From: Methanocorpusculum sp. | Lineage (GTDB): Archaea; Halobacteriota; Methanomicrobia; Methanomicrobiales; Methanocorpusculaceae | DNA: 32,000 nt | Reading direction: 5' to 3' | Assembly (NCBI RefSeq): GCF_030655665.1 | Contig: NZ_JAUSPQ010000004.1 | Location: forward strand, 98,948-130,947 | Shown: piece by piece, positions 15,168-22,808 of the stretch | How positions within the stretch are numbered: position 1 is the first letter of the stretch | Layout of the letters: every line of letters begins with the position of its first letter | Program-made: the position numbers and the translations under genes | The notes under the pieces: model-generated | The model's input: only the letters and a program-made list of their open reading frames with translations | Databases searched by the model: none | What the model was told of the DNA's origin: nothing

Positions 15168-16226
15168 ATGACAGAGAACAGCAGCGCAGGAATCGGGATA
15201 TTCGGCAAATATCTTACCATCTGGGTGATCATCTGCATGATCATCGGGGTTATGATCGGCAAATTCCTACCGTTCATCCCGAAATTTCTCGGAACGTTCG
15301 AGTATGCCGGTGTTTCGATCCCCATCGCGATACTCATCTGGGTAATGATCTACCCGATGATGCTGAAAGTGGATTTTCAGAGCATCAAATATGTCGGAAA
15401 AAATCCAAAAGGACTCGTTCTCACCTGGGTCGTGAACTGGCTGATCAAACCCTTCACGATGTTTGCGATCGCCGGATTCTTCTTCTATATCGTATTCAGT
15501 GCCCTCATCCCTGCCGGCCTTGCGCAGGATTATCTTATCGGCGCCGTGCTTTTAGGTGCAGCTCCGTGTACGGCAATGGTGTTCGTCTGGAGTTATCTGA
15601 CGAAAGGAAACGCCGCCTATACGGTCGTCCAGGTCGCAACGAATGATCTGATCATTCTTGTCGCATTCGTCCCGATCGTCGCATTCCTGCTCGGGATAAG
15701 CGGCATCAGTGTTCCGTGGGCCACCCTGTTCCTTTCGGTCGTCCTGTTTGTCGTGATCCCCCTCCTGGGCGGGGTCATAACACGGATGTATCTCATCAGG
15801 AAAAAAGGAGAGGAGTATTTTACCCGGACATTCCTCCCGAAGTTCGACCATATCACCATCATCGGTCTGCTGCTCACCCTCGTGATCATTTTTTCGTTCC
15901 AGGGAACGGTTATTCTGGAAAATCCACTGCACATTCTTCTGATCGCCGTGCCGCTGATCATTCAGACCGTGCTGATATTTTTTATCACCTACGGAGCAGG
16001 CAGGCTGTTGAACCTTCCTCACAGCATCGCAGCCCCGGCAGGTATGATCGGCGCCTCGAACTTCTTTGAATTGGCCGTCGCGGTATCGATCGCGCTGTTT
16101 GGAACCAACAGTCCGGTCGCTCTCGCGACGATCGTCGGGGTCCTGGTCGAAGTTCCGGTCATGCTGATGCTCGTGAAAATCGCAAACGCCACAAAAGACC
16201 GGTTCCCGAATACGGATCTGGACTGA
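15168..16226 (+). CDS. acr3: ACR3-family arsenite efflux transporter
   Basis: 352-aa ~10-TM protein with the conserved LLGAAPCTAMVFVW segment. Confidence 0.9.
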   Translation: MTENSSAGIGIFGKYLTIWVIICMIIGVMIGKFLPFIPKFLGTFEYAGVSIPIAILIWVMIYPMMLKVDFQSIKYVGKNPKGLVLTWVVNWLIKPFTMFAIAGFFFYIVFSALIPAGLAQDYLIGAVLLGAAPCTAMVFVWSYLTKGNAAYTVVQVATNDLIILVAFVPIVAFLLGISGISVPWATLFLSVVLFVVIPLLGGVITRMYLIRKKGEEYFTRTFLPKFDHITIIGLLLTLVIIFSFQGTVILENPLHILLIAVPLIIQTVLIFFITYGAGRLLNLPHSIAAPAGMIGASNFFELAVAVSIALFGTNSPVALATIVGVLVEVPVMLMLVKIANATKDRFPNTDLD

Positions 16227-16227
16227 G

Positions 16228-16620
16228 TTACATTTTTGCAGGTTCTTCAGCGAAGATCCTGCCCTTTTCCGTTATCCTGTAGATGATCCAGTTCCCCTGC
16301 TGTTCAGATACGATCAGACCATTCTCCTTCATGATATTCAGATGATAGGAGAGTTTCGATCCTGAAATCCCGATACACTCCCGAATCACACAGACACACA
16401 GCGGCTGGATCGTGAGGAGACAGAGAATAGTAATACGAACCGTATCGGATAATGCGTGATGCGTCGAGCTTATTTCCTCAATTTGTTCCGGAGAGGGTAA
16501 ACGTTCGCGGAGTCCTTTCACGCCGCCAACTGCGTTTAGATCGCACCGGATTATCTCAGGAATCCCGGACCGTGAAATCGGCTCTATAGTGGATTTTGCT
16601 GATGGGTTTTTGATTGTCAT
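16228..16620 (-). CDS. arsR: Second ArsR-family regulator
   Basis: The segment RITILCLLTIQPLCVCVIRECIGISGSKLSYHLNIMKENGLI has a CVC motif plus an HTH. Divergent from the permease at 16729. Confidence 0.85.
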   Translation of the reverse strand: MTIKNPSAKSTIEPISRSGIPEIIRCDLNAVGGVKGLRERLPSPEQIEEISSTHHALSDTVRITILCLLTIQPLCVCVIRECIGISGSKLSYHLNIMKENGLIVSEQQGNWIIYRITEKGRIFAEEPAKM

Positions 16621-16728
16621 ATTATGTCTGAGCTATTTCAAATTATTATGAAATGCATAGATATAAATAATTTCTCAGACAATAATGAGTTCAATAAAAA
16701 TTGAAATCGTTTTGTGAGAGGTGAAAAA

Positions 16729-17799
16729 ATGCTAGATTTACTAATCGGCTCACTCCTGCTTGGATGGGAGACCCTGCTGGGGTATTTATCCCAACATGTT
16801 GTGACATGCCTTATTCCTGCGTTCTTCATCGCCGGCGCAATTGCAACATTTATCAAAAAAGATGCAATTCTCAAATACTTCAGCCCGGAGACGAATAAGC
16901 TTGTATCTTATGGTATCGCGTCAATTTCCGGCACCGTACTTGCGGTTTGCAGCTGCACGATCCTGCCGATGTTTGCCGGCATTCTCAAAAAAGGGAGCGG
17001 ACTTGGACCTGCCATTACGTTCCTCGTTGCGGGACCTGCAATCAACATTCTTGCGATCATCTACACTGCTCAGGTACTTGGACTCGATCTTGGTCTCGCA
17101 CGGGCATTAGCGGCCGTAGTTATTTCAATTTTGATCGGATTGATTATGATGAAGCTGTTTCCCGCTCACGATACTGAGACGAGAAAGACGTTCGGAGCAG
17201 CACGCAAAGCCGCGATCGCGAGCGAAGCTACCCGGCCAAAATGGGTCGTTCCGGTATTCTTTGTCTTACTGGTTGCGATTCTTCTGGTCGGAACTTCTGC
17301 ATTAGATGCTTTTATCCGACTCTTCATTGTGTTCTTAATCACGATTGTGATCGCCTATCTGCTGATTTACTATTTCACCCGTGATGAAGTAACCGACTGG
17401 GGGATGGAGATCTGGGACCTGACGAAAAAAATCTTCCCGATTCTCATTATAGGTACATTTGCTCTTGGTGTCCTTTCGTTCTTCCTTCCGGCAGAAGTGT
17501 TCAAACCATTCATTGGCGACAACTCAATTCTTGCAAATTTGTTTGCTGCCCTTGTAGGAACGATCCTCTATATGCCGACACTTCTTGAAGTTCCGGTCAT
17601 TGGAACAACACTGGGATACCTGACAGGATCCATGGCGAAAGGCCCTGCCCTCGCACTTCTCCTCACCGGCCCTACAGTCAGCCTGCCGAGTCTTCTTGTT
17701 CTCTATCGTCTCATCGGCGGAAAGAAGACGGTGGTCTATGTATGTCTGATCATAGTTTTTGCGACCATAGCAGGTTTTGTCTTCGGGAATGTATTCTAA
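16729..17799 (+). CDS. Second PF03773-type permease
   Basis: Has the SGTVLAVCSCTILPMFAG motif and is polytopic. ATG 16729 is preceded by gaggtga (SD-like). The track start GTG 16714 is less likely. Confidence 0.75.
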   Translation: MLDLLIGSLLLGWETLLGYLSQHVVTCLIPAFFIAGAIATFIKKDAILKYFSPETNKLVSYGIASISGTVLAVCSCTILPMFAGILKKGSGLGPAITFLVAGPAINILAIIYTAQVLGLDLGLARALAAVVISILIGLIMMKLFPAHDTETRKTFGAARKAAIASEATRPKWVVPVFFVLLVAILLVGTSALDAFIRLFIVFLITIVIAYLLIYYFTRDEVTDWGMEIWDLTKKIFPILIIGTFALGVLSFFLPAEVFKPFIGDNSILANLFAALVGTILYMPTLLEVPVIGTTLGYLTGSMAKGPALALLLTGPTVSLPSLLVLYRLIGGKKTVVYVCLIIVFATIAGFVFGNVF

Positions 17800-17903
17800 G
17801 GAGGCATAAAAAATCAGGAAGGATAGAAAGAAACAGCAGGGAAGAGTTGATTCCCTTCCCAAAAACCTATTACAAAAAAAATTGAATATACACTGGAACT
17901 ATT

Positions 17904-18140
17904 ATGACAAAAATTGAAATTCTCGGAACAGGATGTGCAAAATGCAAACGGCTTTTTGCCAACACCGAACAGGCTGTAAAAGAACTGAATATTACCGTCG
18001 ATCTGGTCAAGATCGAAAAGCTTGATCAGATCGCCGAACGCGGCGTGATGATGACGCCTGCCCTGATCATTAATGATGAGATCGTGGCCGAAGGCCGGGT
18101 CGCGGATGTGAAAGAGATCAAAGCATTGTTAACGGAGTGA
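17904..18140 (+). CDS. Thioredoxin-fold 'redox-active disulfide protein 2'-like protein
   Basis: 78 aa, MTKIEILGTGCAKCKRL with a GCxxC motif. Its pairing with a PF03773 permease is a recurrent gene neighbourhood. Confidence 0.75.
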   Translation: MTKIEILGTGCAKCKRLFANTEQAVKELNITVDLVKIEKLDQIAERGVMMTPALIINDEIVAEGRVADVKEIKALLTE

Positions 18141-18146
18141 AAAAGT

Positions 18147-18602
18147 ATGACAGAAAAACCAACATGTTCGTGCGGACAGAATGAACCAAAACGGCTTCTC
18201 TTCCCATGTGCCGGCCAGTCAAACACCGGACAGATCACAAACCTCGCAGCGATTCAGCTGACGGAAGAAGGCTATGGAAAAATAGTCTGTACTTCACTCC
18301 TTGCAACCGGTAGTGAAGGACTGGTAAAATCTGCAAGAGATGCGGAAGAAGTAGTTGCTCTTGACGGCTGCCCAATGTCCTGTGCAGCAAAGATCGCAGA
18401 GGGACAAGGCGTTGAGGTAGGACAAAAAATTATCGTGACTGAACTTGGAATCGCCAAAGGACCGTCAAAATCCTACACGACAGATGATATCGAGAAGGTC
18501 GTCGCTGCCTGCTGGGCCGGGAATGGGCGAAAGAACGAGCCGGTGAAAAAAGGTTCAGACAATAAAAAATCCACGTGCGGATGCGGCGGATCGTGCAAGT
18601 GA
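18147..18602 (+). CDS. DGC-domain (putative Zn-binding) protein
   Basis: Has the VVALDGCPMSCAAK motif, an N-terminal CSCG...FPCAG, and a C-terminal CGCGGSC. Confidence 0.65.
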   Translation: MTEKPTCSCGQNEPKRLLFPCAGQSNTGQITNLAAIQLTEEGYGKIVCTSLLATGSEGLVKSARDAEEVVALDGCPMSCAAKIAEGQGVEVGQKIIVTELGIAKGPSKSYTTDDIEKVVAACWAGNGRKNEPVKKGSDNKKSTCGCGGSCK

Positions 18603-18618
18603 TCAGAAGAGGTCGAAT

Positions 18619-18963
18619 GTGCCAATTACGTTGATTACCTGTTCGGGTATTTCAAACACCGGGAAACTGACTACCCAGGCCGCCCTTGCTCTCTTACAGA
18701 GGAGACCGGGCGGATATCTCTGGGTGCGTGCAGAGCAGGGAGCCGATATGCTTGCAGATGGGATCGACGATGCGGATTGTGTGATCGTGCTTGACGGCTG
18801 CACTGACTGCTGTGCAAAGAAGAAGCTTGCCGAGGCAGGATTCACCCATGACCATCATGTGATCACGACGGAGATCGGGATCACGAAGAACGGTATGGCG
18901 GACGTGCAGTTTGCCGAGATCGAGAAGGTCGTAAACACGATTCTGCAGGTGAAGCGGGAATGA
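18619..18963 (+). CDS. DGC-domain protein, paralog
   Basis: Has VIVLDGCTDCCAKKKL and ITCSGISNTGKLT. GTG start with gaggt 5 nt upstream. Confidence 0.65.
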   Translation: MPITLITCSGISNTGKLTTQAALALLQRRPGGYLWVRAEQGADMLADGIDDADCVIVLDGCTDCCAKKKLAEAGFTHDHHVITTEIGITKNGMADVQFAEIEKVVNTILQVKRE

Positions 18964-18992
18964 TCCACTTTTTTGAAAAGCAAAAAAGAAAA

Positions 18993-20102
18993 TTATTGTG
19001 TATCGTACAGTTTCACGACATCACGCATTTGAGAAGCATATTTGTAGATATCCGGCGTTGACGTAATTGGATACTTCTCCTCTTTTCCATTGACAAATAT
19101 CGTGATGTAACGCTTTGTCTGACTATTGAAATGTAACCGGCAGATGGGTTTTCGGTTATTATCATCCAAAATAATGCCGCAGTATGTTTTTACATCCCTC
19201 ATTATAACCCGTGTGGGATCCACCGTATCACTCAGAATCGCACGAACGATTAAAAATCCCTCCCTTTCCTCATCAGTGGTGATAATGTCTGACTCTTCCT
19301 CGACATTTTCTTCAATTTCTTTTGGTTGTTCGGGTATTTCGGGGGACATCGCAGATTTGAGACGGTCATTGATGATATCATTGATGAACTGATGCAAGGC
19401 ACGCTTGGTTATTTCCGTGAAGTTATTTACTACATTTTTGGTGAGAAGCCCATCGTAAATCTGATGTGCAAAATATTTCACGAAATCCTGCGACGGATTT
19501 TCCATCTCCTGAGCAAGGATAAGCTTCATCGCTTTGATATATTTCATATTCATAGCAGACGGCAGGATCTTATCCACATTGAAGCTCTCCTTTCTGAATT
19601 GTTTTAAATTCTCCGCACTTTGCTCAGTGAGATTAAGCAGATCCACATCAAGGAAAGGTTTTGTGTCCATCTTGTTTAGAGCTTCGCAATCCGAATAAAA
19701 CAGATACTTTACCCCATTTGTCAGAATACCGATTTTTGCAGGACCCACAGAGAAATAGCGGAATAGTTGTGACATGTGAACCGTTGCCAGATCAGTACCA
19801 ACGGTTTTACATTCAATAAGAATGATGGGTTTTCCATCCTGCATAATAGCATAATCTATTTTTTCTCCTTTTTTGATTCCAACATCCGCAATGCACTCCG
19901 GACAAACCTCAGTCGGATCAAATACATTATACCCCAGAATCTGGAGGAAAGGCATTACCAATCCAGTTTTTGTTGCCTCCTCAGTTTTTATACCTTCAAC
20001 GATTTTTGGAATTCTGTTTGAAAAAACGCATAATTGTTCATTAAAATCCATATTACTCACATGATAGAAATACATCTCAACAATATATAGATGTTTGCTC
20101 AT
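18993..20102 (-). CDS. Stand-alone HsdR_N-like (type I restriction enzyme R N-terminal domain) PD-(D/E)xK protein
   Basis: AT-rich ORF. TEEATKTGLVMPFLQILGYNVFDPTEV...GEKIDYAIMQDGKPIILIECK (nt 19806..19856) is the HSDR_N-type nuclease core. The likely true start is MDFNEQL at 20054. No adjacent methylase or specificity genes. Confidence 0.65.
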   Translation of the reverse strand: MSKHLYIVEMYFYHVSNMDFNEQLCVFSNRIPKIVEGIKTEEATKTGLVMPFLQILGYNVFDPTEVCPECIADVGIKKGEKIDYAIMQDGKPIILIECKTVGTDLATVHMSQLFRYFSVGPAKIGILTNGVKYLFYSDCEALNKMDTKPFLDVDLLNLTEQSAENLKQFRKESFNVDKILPSAMNMKYIKAMKLILAQEMENPSQDFVKYFAHQIYDGLLTKNVVNNFTEITKRALHQFINDIINDRLKSAMSPEIPEQPKEIEENVEEESDIITTDEEREGFLIVRAILSDTVDPTRVIMRDVKTYCGIILDDNNRKPICRLHFNSQTKRYITIFVNGKEEKYPITSTPDIYKYASQMRDVVKLYDTQ

Positions 20103-20222
20103 TTTTTCAAAAAAACATGATGTTTTATCGGCGTATCATCACTATTTTCCTCCACCACTATGCAATTTTACCTGTTGAGTACCCTCACCTATATCATGGG
20201 TAAATTACTATAATATAGGTCA

Positions 20223-21428
20223 ATGCAGAGCATTCGTGTTTTCTGGTACAAAGGCGTGTACAGAACGGCACGTTTTATTGCCAGTCCGGCAATGGGACGG
20301 AAATTACATTATACCTACGATATAGTCACCCCAAAGCATACTCCCCATATGGTCTTCTCCAACCACACCACCCTGTGGGATCACCTGATGATCGGCATGG
20401 CGGTCAAAGGGCACATGTATTATGTGGCAGGCGAACACCTGTTTCGAAAAAAATCAACGCGGTTTTGTGGAGCTTTTCTGCTCGACCCGATCATCCGAAA
20501 GAAAGGGGCGCCCGCCGGTGAAGTCATCCATGATATCAAAGAGAGACTCAGTGCAGGTCATAATGTCTGGATGTCCCCCGAAGGGGTCAGATCTATCAAC
20601 GGCGAGACCGCGTTCATCTCGCCCGGGACCGGAAAACTGGTCAAAGAATGCGGAGATCTCGGCGCCTCGCTGATCACCTACCGGATGCACGGCGGATATC
20701 TGCGCCGCCCACGGTGGGGAAAAACCCAGCGTGACGGCAAAATGCGGGGAGAGTTCGTACACGAATACTTACCTGACGAGCTGAAGAGCATGACCGTCGA
20801 TCAGATCAATGAAGCAATCAACCGCGATCTGTACGTGAATACGTTCGATGACCAGAAAAAGGACCCGCAGCCCTACACCGGCACGGATCTTGCCGAGTAT
20901 CTGGAAACCATCCTCTACATCTGCCCGGAGTGTAAACAGATGGGCAAACTGCATAGTAAAGGAGATATCCTTTCCTGCGAATGCGGCTATGCGGTGAAAT
21001 TCAACGAGTTCGGTCTGTTTGAGCCGGCGTCCGATCACCCGCTTCACTTTGACAACATCGTCTCCTGGGATCACTGGCAGCGGGATCTGATCAAGGAGAA
21101 TCTGCCGGCGTATCTCGCGACCCCGAAGGATGTCCCGATCGAGTCGGACGAGGGGCAGATCCTTGGAAAGATCGGAGCGATGAAGTCGGTCGAGGATCTC
21201 GGCACCGGAAGATTTTCGGTCTATGTGGACAGACTTGAGTTCGACGGCGACAAAGGGAAATTCGTGTTCCCGTTTGCGGATATCGAAGGGTTTGCGTTTT
21301 CTCTGCAGATGAAGATCCTCTTCTCGATGCACGACGGAACATATTACGAAGTCGAGTCGAAGATCCCGCGGTCTGCGGCAAAATATATGGTGCTTTACCG
21401 GTTTTTGATCGGTAAAGAGTATAAGTGA
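20223..21428 (+). CDS. PlsC/LPLAT-family acyltransferase-like protein with an internal Zn-ribbon
   Basis: HX4D motif NHTTLWD (nt 20364..20381), a SPEGVRS block, and a CPECKQMGKLHSKGDILSCECG ribbon. 401 aa. Confidence 0.65.
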   Translation: MQSIRVFWYKGVYRTARFIASPAMGRKLHYTYDIVTPKHTPHMVFSNHTTLWDHLMIGMAVKGHMYYVAGEHLFRKKSTRFCGAFLLDPIIRKKGAPAGEVIHDIKERLSAGHNVWMSPEGVRSINGETAFISPGTGKLVKECGDLGASLITYRMHGGYLRRPRWGKTQRDGKMRGEFVHEYLPDELKSMTVDQINEAINRDLYVNTFDDQKKDPQPYTGTDLAEYLETILYICPECKQMGKLHSKGDILSCECGYAVKFNEFGLFEPASDHPLHFDNIVSWDHWQRDLIKENLPAYLATPKDVPIESDEGQILGKIGAMKSVEDLGTGRFSVYVDRLEFDGDKGKFVFPFADIEGFAFSLQMKILFSMHDGTYYEVESKIPRSAAKYMVLYRFLIGKEYK

Positions 21429-21430
21429 GA

Positions 21431-21459
21431 CCTGCATTAGCAGGCAGTTTTCTTTTTTT
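21431..21459 (+). terminator. Hairpin plus T-run terminator
   Basis: cctgc-atta-gcagg followed by cagttttcttttttt, immediately after the stop at 21428. Confidence 0.55.
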
Positions 21460-21506
21460 CAGGCGGGCGGATGAGAGTAGTCACCCGCGAGCAGGCAAAA
21501 AACAGT

Positions 21507-22445
21507 TTACAGGATCGTTGCCTGGATCCTGTCCTCTAGTTTCTGCAACAGATCTTTTTCATCCTCCCACAGGATGAGGTTGTCGTATTGTATGTCGAAG
21601 TGGAGCCGGTTTACCTTCTTGCCGTCCTTTTCCTCCTCAAACCATTTCTTGTTACAGGTTTTGATGACTTCGCGTCCAAGCCCTTTTGCATATCCTGCTT
21701 CATAATAGACCGACAGGGGGTTGGAGGTGAAGTCTGCGATGATAAAACGGCTGGTTTTGATGCCGGCAATGACTTTGTCGGTGATGTCTCCCGGGTATTT
21801 CGTTTCATCAATGGTGAAGACGGAGAAGCCAAACTTTGCGCATGCGGGTTTGATTCCTTCTTCGTATACTGATTTGAAATCGTCGGTACATTTCATGGCG
21901 ACGAATACGGCGGTGGAGTTATTATTGCCTGATAGAAGAGATTCGGCGTATTTCATTCCTTCTACGGTGATGAAATATCCGCAGTCGTATTCACCGAACC
22001 GTGCCTGACGTTCGCAGAGATAGCCGATATCGGTCAGGATAGAGACCATGAGATTGAACTCGGCAGCATCTTCCGCGTAGCATACGGACGGGGGATATTT
22101 TGCGAGTTTGGAGATATGGTTTTTGAATCCCGACCCTATGCTGTAGATAAACAGTATGAGTTTATCCAGTTTCTGCATGGGGGTTCGTGGAATACGCGAA
22201 TCGGACAGGACGAAAGGAAGCGTCCCGGCATTGATCCGTATGGAGTGGGATCTCATGCGGGTTTCAAAGAGAAATCCGGAAAGAACTACTTTATGTTCCT
22301 GGATCAGGGGGAGATCTTCATCCGCAAGTTCATAGGCAAAGCAGAAATCACATTTGTAGGTGGGAAGATTACTCCCTGCTCTTGAGTGTATATAACAGTG
22401 CTCTCCGCATATTGGACATTTCACTTCTTCCATATTATCGTCCAC
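21507..22445 (-). CDS. Zn-ribbon protein with a C-terminal nucleoside 2-deoxyribosyltransferase-like / TIR-like Rossmannoid domain
   Basis: N-terminal CPICGEHC...CDFC (nt 22341..22421). The C-terminal ~135 aa (nt 21507..21914) follow the pattern AVFVAMKCTDDF...FIIADFTSNPLSVYYEAGYAKGLGREVI...HFDI, which matches the NDT-like pattern (strand-acidic loop, ..NxNVxxExGyA..gk.vi). The middle region is unrecognised. Confidence 0.55.
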   Translation of the reverse strand: MDDNMEEVKCPICGEHCYIHSRAGSNLPTYKCDFCFAYELADEDLPLIQEHKVVLSGFLFETRMRSHSIRINAGTLPFVLSDSRIPRTPMQKLDKLILFIYSIGSGFKNHISKLAKYPPSVCYAEDAAEFNLMVSILTDIGYLCERQARFGEYDCGYFITVEGMKYAESLLSGNNNSTAVFVAMKCTDDFKSVYEEGIKPACAKFGFSVFTIDETKYPGDITDKVIAGIKTSRFIIADFTSNPLSVYYEAGYAKGLGREVIKTCNKKWFEEEKDGKKVNRLHFDIQYDNLILWEDEKDLLQKLEDRIQATIL

Positions 22446-22769
22446 GAGAATTCTGCAGCATTAACGCCGGATAAGAAATCATCCAAAAATATGGGTAACC
22501 AAAACTAATTAAAGCATTAAGTTTGGAGGGTCTGTAATAAGGATGGAATCAGGTCCTTATTGGGGGTTCCATGCGAAAATAAAAAGAACCCCGTACGGGT
22601 AAGTCGTCATAGTACATTCTGCATGCCCATTGCTCTTTACTTCTCCCCTGTGAGAAACCCTTCCTCGGGTTTCTCATCATGCTATTTGAAAACTCGTCGA
22701 AGGGTTTCCACAGGGCAGAAGTAAGGGATGGACGGATCTTCTGCACATAGCAGACGATACCCAACTCCC

Positions 22770-22796
22770 AAAAAAAGCAGCGGGGTATGACCCCGC
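22770..22796 (-). terminator. purH terminator (hairpin plus T7 on the minus strand)
   Basis: Minus strand reads gcgggg-tcata-ccccgc tgc ttttttt, starting 13 nt after the purH stop. Confidence 0.6.
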
Positions 22797-22808
22797 AAAA
22801 ATATGTTT

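Noticed and set aside
20769-21437. 222-aa minus-strand ORF
   Set aside because: It is antisense to the acyltransferase-like gene, which has HX4D/PEG motifs. No motifs of its own.
22674-22680. ATGATGA on the minus strand as a possible C box of a C/D box sRNA
   Set aside because: No CUGA D/D' box or second C' box follows at the required spacing downstream.
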